Assembly (NCBI GenBank): GCA_052388375.1
Contig: JBQTIG010000043.1
Coordinates: 6,865-70,864 of the forward strand
Source: Planctomycetaceae bacterium
GTDB lineage: Bacteria; Planctomycetota; PLA2
Length of the DNA stretch: 64,000 nt
Reading direction: 5' to 3'
Shown piece by piece: positions 36,040-44,624 of this stretch. Each line of letters starts with the position of its first letter. Positions within the stretch are counted from its first letter, which is position 1. The notes under the pieces are model-generated. The model made no database searches. It had not been told where the DNA came from and saw nothing but the letters and a program-made list of their open reading frames with translations. A program made the position numbers and the translations under genes.

Positions 36040-38406
36040 GTGGCGGAGAGCGATCGCCGCGAGTTCCTGCGCCGCTGCGGTATCGCCGCTGCCGGCATCG
36101 CAGCGTTCTCCTGCGGCGACCGCGAGGAGGCGGAGGAGATCGCCCGCCGGCAGGCCGCCGGAGGGCCCTATCCCGCCGACCTCTCCTGGGGCAAGGCCGC
36201 GTGCCGCTACTGCGGCACCGGCTGCAGCGTCGAGGTGGGCGTGCACGAGGGGAAGGCGGTTGCGGTGCGCGGCGACGCCGCGAGCCCGGTGAACAAGGGC
36301 CTGCTCTGCGTGAAGGGCTACCACCTGCCCGCCATGCTCTACGGCAAGGACCGGCTGCTTTTCCCGATGCTGCGGCTGGCGGACGGGTCGCAGAAGCGCA
36401 TTGCGTGGGACGAGGCCCTCGACCTCGTGGCACGCAAGTTCGCCGGGGCGCTGCAGGATCACGGCCCCGACGCCGTGGCGGTCTACGGCTCGGGGCAGTG
36501 GACGGTCTTCGACGGCTATGCCGCGCTCAAGTGGGTGAAGGGCGGCATGCGGTCCAACCAGCTGGAACCCAACGCGCGCCTCTGCATGGCGAGCGCGGTC
36601 ATGGGCTACATGACGCAGTTCCAGAGCGACGAACCCATGGGCTGCTACGACGACTTCGAGCTGGCCGACGACTTCGTCTTCTGGGGCCACAACGCCGCCG
36701 AGATGCACCCGGTGCTCTTCAGCCGCATGCTGGAGCGCAAGCGGTCCAACCCCGGCGTACGGCTCGTCGATCTCGCCACGCGGCGGACGCCCACCAGCGA
36801 CTACTGCGACCTCTACGTCGAATTCCGCCCGGGCAGCGACCTCGCCCTCGCCAACGGCATCCTCCACCTGCTGCTGAAGCAGGACAAGGTCGACCGCGCC
36901 TTCGTGGCGGAGAACGTCGTCTTCAAGCGCGGCGTCGAGGAGCTGAAGGAGATCGGCTACGGCTGCTTCGGCGAGCAGGCGGAGCGCTACACCTTCCAGG
37001 ACAAGGCCACCGACTCCTCCCTGGAGGAGCTGGCGAAGTTCCTGGAGGACTACGACCCCGCCACCGTGAGCCGCATCAGCGGCGTCCCCGAGGCGCAGCT
37101 GCGCCTCTTGGCCGACCTCTACGGCGACCGCAACCGCAACACCGTCTCCACCTGGTGCATGGGGGTCAACCAGCACACCCGCGGCACCTGGATGAACAAC
37201 CTCATCACCGACCTGCACCTGATCACCGGCAAGATCTCCCGCCCGGGCAGCAATCCGCTCAGCGTGACGGGCCAGCCGTCGGCCTGCGGCACCGTGCGTG
37301 AGGTGGGGACGCTCGCCAACCGGCTCCCCGCCGACATGGTGGTCACCAATCCCGAACACCGCGCCCTGGCGGAGAAGATCTGGGGGCTCCCCGCGGGAAC
37401 GATCAACCCCAAGCCCGGCGACCACGCCGTCGACATGTTCCGCGCGTTCGCGCGCGGCGACATCAAGACCATGTGGGTGCAGACGACCAACCCCTGGGTC
37501 ACGATCCCCAACCTGCACCGCATCGACCGGAAGCCGGGGGACGGCCGCTTCCTCGTGGTGAGCGACATCTACCCCACGCCCACCACGGACGTGGCCGACC
37601 TCGTGCTTCCGGCCGCCGCCTGGATCGAGCGCGAGGGGATGTTCGGCAACACGGAGCGGCGCACGCAGCACTGGGACAAGCTCCTCGAGCCCCCGGGCGA
37701 GGCGCGCGAGGACGCCTGGCAGATCATCGAAGTGGCCAAGCGCATGGGCATGGGCCATCTCTTCCCGTGGCCCGAGAACGACTGGCACAAGCCGATGTTC
37801 GAGGAGTACCGGAGCTTCACCCTCGGCCACGGCAAGGACCTCGCCTCCTACGACCAGCTTCGCGCCACCCACGGCGGCCTCCGCTGGCCCGTGGTGGAGG
37901 GCCGGGAGACCCGCTGGCGCTACGCCGCCGGCCACGACCCCTACGTGAAAAAGCCCAAAGGGGTCCACTTCTACAAGGCCAAGGGGTATGGCGAGAAGGC
38001 CGCCTTCTGGCTGCGCCCCTACCACCCGCCGGCGGAGGAGCCCGATGCGGAGTACCCGTTCTGGCTCTGCACCGGGCGCGTGCTGGAGCACTGGCATACC
38101 GGCTCCATGACCCGGCGCGTGAAGCAGCTGCACCAGGCGGTGCCCGGGGCCTACGTCGAGGTGAACCGCGCCGACGCGATGAAGATGGGGCTCAAGAGCG
38201 GGGACAAGGTGCGCGTGAAGAGCCGGCGCGGGAGCGTCGTTCTCCCCGCCCTGGTGGACGGCCGCGGGAAGCCGCCGCGGGGATCGCTGTTCGTGCCCTT
38301 CTTCGACGAGGGGCTGCTCATCAACCGGGTGACCCTCGACGCCATGTGCAACATCAGCAAGGAGCCGGACTACAAGAAGTGCGCGGTGAGGCTCGAACGC
38401 GCGTGA
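36040..38406 (+). CDS. napA: periplasmic nitrate reductase catalytic subunit
   Basis: GTG start 1 nt after the HAO-family stop. It has a Tat signal (SDRREFLRRCGIAAAG), a [4Fe-4S] motif (CRYCGTGCSV...LCVKG) and the Mo-ligand context PNARLCMASAV. The C-terminus reads EPDYKKCAVRLERA. Confidence 0.92.
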   Translation: MAESDRREFLRRCGIAAAGIAAFSCGDREEAEEIARRQAAGGPYPADLSWGKAACRYCGTGCSVEVGVHEGKAVAVRGDAASPVNKGLLCVKGYHLPAMLYGKDRLLFPMLRLADGSQKRIAWDEALDLVARKFAGALQDHGPDAVAVYGSGQWTVFDGYAALKWVKGGMRSNQLEPNARLCMASAVMGYMTQFQSDEPMGCYDDFELADDFVFWGHNAAEMHPVLFSRMLERKRSNPGVRLVDLATRRTPTSDYCDLYVEFRPGSDLALANGILHLLLKQDKVDRAFVAENVVFKRGVEELKEIGYGCFGEQAERYTFQDKATDSSLEELAKFLEDYDPATVSRISGVPEAQLRLLADLYGDRNRNTVSTWCMGVNQHTRGTWMNNLITDLHLITGKISRPGSNPLSVTGQPSACGTVREVGTLANRLPADMVVTNPEHRALAEKIWGLPAGTINPKPGDHAVDMFRAFARGDIKTMWVQTTNPWVTIPNLHRIDRKPGDGRFLVVSDIYPTPTTDVADLVLPAAAWIEREGMFGNTERRTQHWDKLLEPPGEAREDAWQIIEVAKRMGMGHLFPWPENDWHKPMFEEYRSFTLGHGKDLASYDQLRATHGGLRWPVVEGRETRWRYAAGHDPYVKKPKGVHFYKAKGYGEKAAFWLRPYHPPAEEPDAEYPFWLCTGRVLEHWHTGSMTRRVKQLHQAVPGAYVEVNRADAMKMGLKSGDKVRVKSRRGSVVLPALVDGRGKPPRGSLFVPFFDEGLLINRVTLDAMCNISKEPDYKKCAVRLERA

Positions 38407-38957
38407 GGGGGGCGGGGGCGCTCCTCGTCTGCCTGTTGGCCGCGGGATGCGGCGAGCCGCGCCTCGGGCCCTCCGTGGCGGTGCCGGGACGCGCGGGGGC
38501 GGTCAAGACCTCCGCCGCCGACCGCGCGGAGCGGCGCGCCTACGACGGCGCGCCCCCCGTCATCCCCCACGAGAACTTCGGCATGGGCTGCGTGAACTGC
38601 CACTCCAAGGAGGGGTTGCACCTCCCTGACATCGGCTTCGCTCCCCCCATGCCCCACGAGGTGACGCCGGGACTGAGCGCCCTGAGCCGCTGCACGCAAT
38701 GCCACGTCTTCCGCGAGACGCGGGAGCTCTTTCGCGAGAACGGATTCCTTGGGCTGCGCCAGGACCTGCGCCGCGGCCGGCGCCTGCACCTCCTCGCCCC
38801 CCCCGTGATGCCCCACCCCCTCTTCATGCGCGAAAATTGCTCCGCCTGCCACGACGGACCCGCGGCCCGGGAGGAGGTGCGCTGTTCCCACCCCGAGCGG
38901 GCGCGCTGCCAGCAGTGCCACGTCGCGGAGACCGCCACGGACGAGTTCGTCCGCTGA
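38403..38957 (+). CDS. tetraheme cytochrome c lipoprotein, tandem NapB-like
   Basis: The GTG overlaps the napA stop (GTGA). A lipobox is present (LLAAGC). Two successive units have the pattern APPV[IM]PH...CxxCH...CxQCHV (CVNCH/CTQCH, then CSACH/CQQCH). Confidence 0.75.
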   Translation: MRGAGALLVCLLAAGCGEPRLGPSVAVPGRAGAVKTSAADRAERRAYDGAPPVIPHENFGMGCVNCHSKEGLHLPDIGFAPPMPHEVTPGLSALSRCTQCHVFRETRELFRENGFLGLRQDLRRGRRLHLLAPPVMPHPLFMRENCSACHDGPAAREEVRCSHPERARCQQCHVAETATDEFVR

Positions 38958-38999
38958 CCCTTCCCGCCCCATCCCCGGAAGCGGTAGACTCCCGGCGGG

Positions 39000-41900
39000 G
39001 TGGATGTGGAGTCATCGAGCGGATCGTTCCCTCCGGCGCCCTCGGTGCACGAGTACCGAGTCCTGCTCTTCACCGACGTCGTCGGCTCGGTGGCCCTGCG
39101 CAGGCGCGTCGGGGATCTGCGCTACGAACAGGAGATCAAGGGAGCGCACGACGCCCTGTTCCATGCCGCGATCGGACCCGACGTCCTCGGCGTGGAAGAT
39201 ACGGGCGACGGTTTCCTGGCCAGCTTCCGGTCGGTGCCGGAGGCGGTGGCCGGCGCCCTGAGGTTCCAGCAGGCGCTCCGGAACCGATCCTGGAGCGCCG
39301 AGGCGCCGGCGGTCCGCACGGCGATCCACGCCGGAGAGGTCCTCGTCGCCGCCTCGCGCAGGGTGAAGGGTGGCCCCGTCGAGATCTGCAGCAGGGTCAT
39401 GGACCTCGCCGCCGGCGGCCAGATCCTGCTCACGCGCCACGTCTTCGACGACGCGCGGCAATACGTGCGGGAGCACCCCGCCGCCCCCGGCGCGAGCCAG
39501 CCACCGCCCCTCCGATGGCTGGCCCACGGACCCTACCGCTTCAAGGGGATCGACGACGACCCCCTCGAGGTCTTCGAGGTGGGCGCCGCCGGTCTCGCGC
39601 CGTTCCGCCCGCCGCCCGATTCCGGAAAGGGACGCAGGGTCGTGGGCCCCGACGAAGAGGCGATGCTCGGCTGGCGGCCCGCGGCGGAGCAGGAGATCCC
39701 GGGTCGCGCGGGCTGGATCCTTGTCCGCAAGCTGGGGGAAGGGGGCTTCGGCGAGGTCTGGCTGGCGAGGCAGCCCCGCACCGGGGATGCGCGCGTCATG
39801 AAGTTCTGCTTCGACGCCGATCGGCTGCGCTCATTCCGGCGTGAGATGACGCTCTTCCTGCTGCTGCGGGACGAGCTGGGGGATCGGCGCGACATCGCGC
39901 GGCTCCTGGAAGTGCAACTGGAGAAGTCCCCCTACCTGCTGGAGAGCGAGCTAACGCCGGAGGGCGACCTGCGCGCCTGGAGCGATCGGCAGGGGGGGAT
40001 CGGCCTGGTGCCGCTCGCCACGCGGCTTGAATTCGTCGCCCGCACGGCGGACGCAGTCGCGGCCGCGCACCGCGTGGGGGTGCTCCACAAGGACTTGAAG
40101 CCGGCCAACATCCTGGTCTATTTCGACGAAGAGGGCGTGCCCCGTCCCCGGATCAGCGACTTCGGCATCGGCATCCTCACCGATCGCACGCTGCTTGAGC
40201 GGTTGGGGCTCAAGGGTTCCGGCTTCACCGCGACGCAGCTCACGGAGAACGAGTCGAGCCGGACGGGGACGCGCCTGTACGCGCCCCCCGAGGCGCTCTC
40301 CGGCATGCCCTTCACGACGCTGGGCGACATCTATGCCCTCGGCGTCCTGCTCTTCCAGATGGTCGTGGGGGATCTCGACCGCCCCATGGCCGTGGGCTGG
40401 GAGCGCGCCCTTGAGCCGGCGATCCCCGACCCCGACCTGCGCGGTCTCCTACGCGACGACCTCGCGGCGATGGTGGATGTCGACCCGGAGCGCCGCCCGG
40501 GTTCGGCGGCGGCGGTGGCGGAAGGGATCCGGACGCTGGAGGAGCGGCGGGAGGGGCGCCTGCGCGAGCACGCGGCCGCAACGGCCCTGGCGCGACGGCG
40601 GCGCGTCCGCCGGCGCGTCGTGGCGGGCGGGACCTTCCTGGTTCTGGCGCTGGCCGTGGCGGGCCTGTTCCTGGGACGCGAGCGCGCGCTCCGCGCCGAA
40701 GCGGAGCGGGAGAGGGAGGCCGCCCAGGAGCTGGCCCTCTTCATGCTGAACGACCTCGTGCCGCGCGCGCGGGAACTGGGCCGCCTCGACATCCTCGAGG
40801 CGGCGGCGCGCAAAGCCGCGGCGTTCTACACGAGGACGCCGCTGGAAAGCGCCCCCCCCGAGACGCTGCGCGATCGCGCCTTTGCTCTCGTGCAGGTCGG
40901 GTCCGTGCTCGAGGCGCAAGGGGACGACCGCGCCGCGCTCGAGACGTTCGCGTCGGCCCGGCGGGTGATCCACCAGTATCTCGCCTTCGCTCCCACGAGC
41001 ATTCGCGGCAAGGGGGTGCTCGTTCAAGTCCTCATGGCCACAGGTCGCGCCCACGCCATGCTGGGTTGGACGGAACAGGCCCTGGCTCCTTTTTTCGCGG
41101 CGCTCGATGCCGCCCGGGAGATATCTGGGGCGGTTCCGAACGCCTCGCCCTACGAGCGCATGGTCGGGCTCGCCAGCGTGGAGGCGGCCGGCATGCTCCT
41201 GGCGCTGGGTCGCCACGACGAGGCGGCCAGCCTCCTCCAGTCCGGAGTCGAGATCCTTGGACGATTGGCGGAAACCGGGGAGCCCACGGCGGTCTCGGAG
41301 GGTGGATACGCCCGAGCCGAGCGCGGTAGACTGCAGATCGCGAGCGGGCATCTTGCAGCAGCCCTGGAGGATCTGCGCGCAGCGGTGGACGCGGGCCAGC
41401 GTGCCCTTGCGGCCGCGCCCGGAAGCGCACCGCTGAAGGCGGACCTCCTCCTCTACCGCGAGGGACTCGGCGACGCCCTGTCACGATCCGGGGACGCGGA
41501 GGGAGCGCGGGCGCAGTACGCCGCTCACCTCGAGCTGGCCGAGCGGCTGCTGGAAGCCTCGGCCGGACACCCGGGCCACCGCCGGGCGCGCGCCCTCGCC
41601 CGCCAGCGATTGGCGCGGATCGCCATGGAGCAGGGCGAACAGGAGCGCGCCCTCGCCCTGCTCGAGGCGGCAGGAGCGGAGCTGGAGGAGCTCGTCGCCG
41701 CGCATCCACGCAACCTGAACGCGGTGAGCAGCCTCGCCACCAATCATGATCGCATCGGGATGACGCACCTCGCGCAACGCCGTTTCCTCGACGCGCGGCG
41801 GCGCTTCGAGGCGGCCCTCGCCTTGGAGGCGATTCTCCAGGAGTACCGCCCTCGCGGCGTGAGCCACAGGCGCGCGGTCTGCATCGCTCACCTGGGTGAG

Positions 41901-43256
41901 GTTGCCCTGAACCTGGACGAGAAGGAAGAGGCGTTGCAAAGGTTCCGTGAGTCCCTCGCGATGACCGAAGGCCACGCGGATCGCGACTCGCGGGACAATG
42001 CTGCGGTCTGTCACGAAAGGATCGGCTGCGTTCAAAAGTCCTCAGCCGACCTTTCGGGCGCGCTGGAGAGCTTCCGCCACTGCCTCGCTCTCCGGGAGTC
42101 GTTGGCCACCGATCCCGATGACGGGCAGGCGCAAGAAGCCCTGGCCTCGGCGCGGACGAATCTGGGGGACGTCCTGCGTGCCAGGGGAGAGTTGGATTCC
42201 GCGCTCGAGCTCTATCTCGCAGCGCACGCGGTGCGGACCCGACGGAACGAGCCCTTGGCGCTTTCCATCGCGGAGGAGCGTCTCGGCCTGCTCCACCGCG
42301 CCCGGCGCGACCTCCCCGCGGCGCTGCCCTACTTCGAAAGATCTCTCGCAAGAATCAGGGAGTTCGCCGCCGCGGGACCGAAGGAGATCGCGCGCCTCGA
42401 TGCCCTCGAGATCTCGCTGAAGCAGGTCGCCGGCGTCCTGCTCGATCTCGGTGAGACCGAGCGCGCGCTGCCTCTCTACGAGGAAGCGGTTGCGACCATG
42501 CGCCGGATCCTCGTCGATGTTCCGGAGGATCGTCCCATGCTCCTGCGCCTGGCGATCGCCCTCGACAGGCTGCGGAACGTCCAAGCCGCGCGCGATCACC
42601 ACACGGAGGCGCTCGCGGCGGCGCGGGAGGCGCTCGATGTGGTCGCACGCGTCTGCGCGTTGGCACCCGAAGACCGCGTCGCGCACTTCAACCTGGCCCG
42701 CGGCCACCAGGCGGTGGGCGAGACGGCGGAGGACGCGGGTGAGTTCGCTGCCGCACTCGGTGGCTACCGCGAGGCGCTTTCGATCGCGCGCGGCCTCGGG
42801 GGGGAAAGCGCGTCGACCATCCTCGGCGAGATCGGCGATCGCGAGCGCGGCCTGGCGCTGCTCCTTGGTGAGTCGCAGCCGGAGTCGGCCACCGACCACG
42901 GCATCCTGGGCGACACTCTCCACCGAGCGGGTCTGTATCTCCGCGCCGTCGCCGCCTTCCGCGAGGCGCTGCGCGACGAGGCGGTCCGCGCCGACCTCGA
43001 CGCCTCGCCGCTCTACAACGGCGCGTGCGCCGCTTCTCGCGCCTCGGCCGCGACGCAGGGCGAGGAGGCCGACGCGTTGCGGCGCGAAGCGCTGGCCTGG
43101 CTCGCGGAGGATCTTCGCCGCAGGCGCGAGCGGGCCGCGGCGGACCCGGGCGCCCAGGATGAGGCGCTTGCCGCGCATCTCGCCCACGCGCGGGTGGGCG
43201 ACCCCGATCTCGCCCCCCTCCGCGACCTCCCCGAGTTCGCGCGGCTGTTCGAGTGA
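39000..43256 (+). CDS. class III adenylate/guanylate cyclase - Ser/Thr protein kinase - TM - TPR multidomain signalling protein
   Basis: Cyclase motifs (VLLFTDVVGS, DTGDGFLASF, RTAIHAGEV). Hanks kinase motifs (GEGGFGEVWLA, VMKF, HKDLKPANIL, SDFGIG, APPE). One TM helix (FLVLALAVAGLFL) is followed by about 750 aa of TPR-like helical repeats. Confidence 0.8.
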   Translation: MDVESSSGSFPPAPSVHEYRVLLFTDVVGSVALRRRVGDLRYEQEIKGAHDALFHAAIGPDVLGVEDTGDGFLASFRSVPEAVAGALRFQQALRNRSWSAEAPAVRTAIHAGEVLVAASRRVKGGPVEICSRVMDLAAGGQILLTRHVFDDARQYVREHPAAPGASQPPPLRWLAHGPYRFKGIDDDPLEVFEVGAAGLAPFRPPPDSGKGRRVVGPDEEAMLGWRPAAEQEIPGRAGWILVRKLGEGGFGEVWLARQPRTGDARVMKFCFDADRLRSFRREMTLFLLLRDELGDRRDIARLLEVQLEKSPYLLESELTPEGDLRAWSDRQGGIGLVPLATRLEFVARTADAVAAAHRVGVLHKDLKPANILVYFDEEGVPRPRISDFGIGILTDRTLLERLGLKGSGFTATQLTENESSRTGTRLYAPPEALSGMPFTTLGDIYALGVLLFQMVVGDLDRPMAVGWERALEPAIPDPDLRGLLRDDLAAMVDVDPERRPGSAAAVAEGIRTLEERREGRLREHAAATALARRRRVRRRVVAGGTFLVLALAVAGLFLGRERALRAEAEREREAAQELALFMLNDLVPRARELGRLDILEAAARKAAAFYTRTPLESAPPETLRDRAFALVQVGSVLEAQGDDRAALETFASARRVIHQYLAFAPTSIRGKGVLVQVLMATGRAHAMLGWTEQALAPFFAALDAAREISGAVPNASPYERMVGLASVEAAGMLLALGRHDEAASLLQSGVEILGRLAETGEPTAVSEGGYARAERGRLQIASGHLAAALEDLRAAVDAGQRALAAAPGSAPLKADLLLYREGLGDALSRSGDAEGARAQYAAHLELAERLLEASAGHPGHRRARALARQRLARIAMEQGEQERALALLEAAGAELEELVAAHPRNLNAVSSLATNHDRIGMTHLAQRRFLDARRRFEAALALEAILQEYRPRGVSHRRAVCIAHLGEVALNLDEKEEALQRFRESLAMTEGHADRDSRDNAAVCHERIGCVQKSSADLSGALESFRHCLALRESLATDPDDGQAQEALASARTNLGDVLRARGELDSALELYLAAHAVRTRRNEPLALSIAEERLGLLHRARRDLPAALPYFERSLARIREFAAAGPKEIARLDALEISLKQVAGVLLDLGETERALPLYEEAVATMRRILVDVPEDRPMLLRLAIALDRLRNVQAARDHHTEALAAAREALDVVARVCALAPEDRVAHFNLARGHQAVGETAEDAGEFAAALGGYREALSIARGLGGESASTILGEIGDRERGLALLLGESQPESATDHGILGDTLHRAGLYLRAVAAFREALRDEAVRADLDASPLYNGACAASRASAATQGEEADALRREALAWLAEDLRRRRERAAADPGAQDEALAAHLAHARVGDPDLAPLRDLPEFARLFE

Positions 43257-43349
43257 CGCACCGGCGCCCCGCGCGGTCGGGCCTGGACTCCCGGCAAGGA
43301 GGCGGATGCGGCGGGGGAGGAGGGCCGAAACGCAAGCCTGGCCCCCCCT

Positions 43350-44543
43350 GTGCCGATCATGGAGATGGCCATGCTCCCCGAAGCCCGCTCCGCCGATGCG
43401 GCCCAGGCCGCACGGGCGAACCCTCCCCTCGAGATCCACGAGATTCGCGATCTCGCGTCGTTCCTCGCCCTCGAGCGGGAGTGGAACGACCTGCTCGAGC
43501 GAAGCGGCGTGCGGGTCCCCTACCTGCGTCACGAGTGGCTGGCGGCTTGGTACGACCGCTTCGGCAAGGGCGCAAGCCTCTCCATCTTCCTGGTGCGGGA
43601 CCAGGGCCGCCTCCTGCTCGCGCTGCCGCTCCTGGAGGAGCGACGCCGCGCGTGCGGCATCCTCTCCGTGCGCCTCCACTCCTTCACCAACGGCCACTCC
43701 TACGCCTCCGACCTGATCGCCGAGCCCGGGCGCGACGATGCGATCGCCGCGCTCTTCCGGCAGCTCCGCCACCGCAGGACCGGATGGGACGTGATGGAGG
43801 TCCTGGATCTTTCCGAAGACGGCGCGGCTCTGGGGCGACTGCTTGCGGGGGCACGGGGGGAAGGGCTCGCCCCGGAGGTGACGCTTCTGCGTCGCTCCCC
43901 CTTCCTCGTCATCGAGGGCAGCTGGGAGCAGTACGTGGCGACCCTCCGGTCCAAGCACCGCGCCAACCTTCGCAGGCGGAAGAAGAAGCTCGAGGAACTT
44001 GGAGAGGTGAGGCTCCGCATCGCGCGCACGCCGGAGGAGTTCGACGCGGCCTTCGCTCTCCTCTGCGCCTTGGAGCAGAAGAGCTGGAAGGGGGAGGAGG
44101 GCTCGGCCGTCGCCTGCTCGCCCGGTCTGCTCGAGTTCTATCGGCGCGTCGGGACGTGGGCCGCGCGGAACGGTTGGCTCCGCCTCTTCCTCCTGGAGGC
44201 GGGCGGAAGGCCGGTCTCGGCGGATTTCAGCATGCTCTACGGATCGCGGCTCTGGTGCATGAAGATCGCCTACGATCCGGACTACGCCAGCTGCTCCGTG
44301 GGGCAGCTGCTCTGCGAGGCGGTTCTCGCGCGCTGCTTCGGCGACGAGCGCGTGGAGGGCTACGAATTCCTGGGCATCGAGTCGGAGCAGAAGGGGGACT
44401 GGACCTCCACGGCCCATCCGATCCTGTCGCTCCGGTGCCACAGCGATCGGATGATGGCGCGCGTGCTGCGCCTCTGGACCGCGCGCGTGAAGCCCCGCTT
44501 GCGGCGGCTCCTTCGCAAGACCCGCCTCCTGCCCCGCAGCTGA
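43350..44543 (+). CDS. GNAT-fold acetyltransferase, CelD/BioF2-like (Acetyltransf_6-like)
   Basis: 397 aa. The N-terminal half is non-catalytic. The C-terminal region WKGEEGSAV...YDPDYASCSVGQLL matches my recollection of the CelD-type family. This is a motif-level call only. Confidence 0.6.
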   Translation: MPIMEMAMLPEARSADAAQAARANPPLEIHEIRDLASFLALEREWNDLLERSGVRVPYLRHEWLAAWYDRFGKGASLSIFLVRDQGRLLLALPLLEERRRACGILSVRLHSFTNGHSYASDLIAEPGRDDAIAALFRQLRHRRTGWDVMEVLDLSEDGAALGRLLAGARGEGLAPEVTLLRRSPFLVIEGSWEQYVATLRSKHRANLRRRKKKLEELGEVRLRIARTPEEFDAAFALLCALEQKSWKGEEGSAVACSPGLLEFYRRVGTWAARNGWLRLFLLEAGGRPVSADFSMLYGSRLWCMKIAYDPDYASCSVGQLLCEAVLARCFGDERVEGYEFLGIESEQKGDWTSTAHPILSLRCHSDRMMARVLRLWTARVKPRLRRLLRKTRLLPRS

Positions 44544-44624
44544 GCGGAGGAGCGAGCGCGGCAGCCCGAAAGTCGTTGCGGGACCCGGGGGACCGGGGAA
44601 CCGTGCCCCCGGGGCCCGCGGCGC

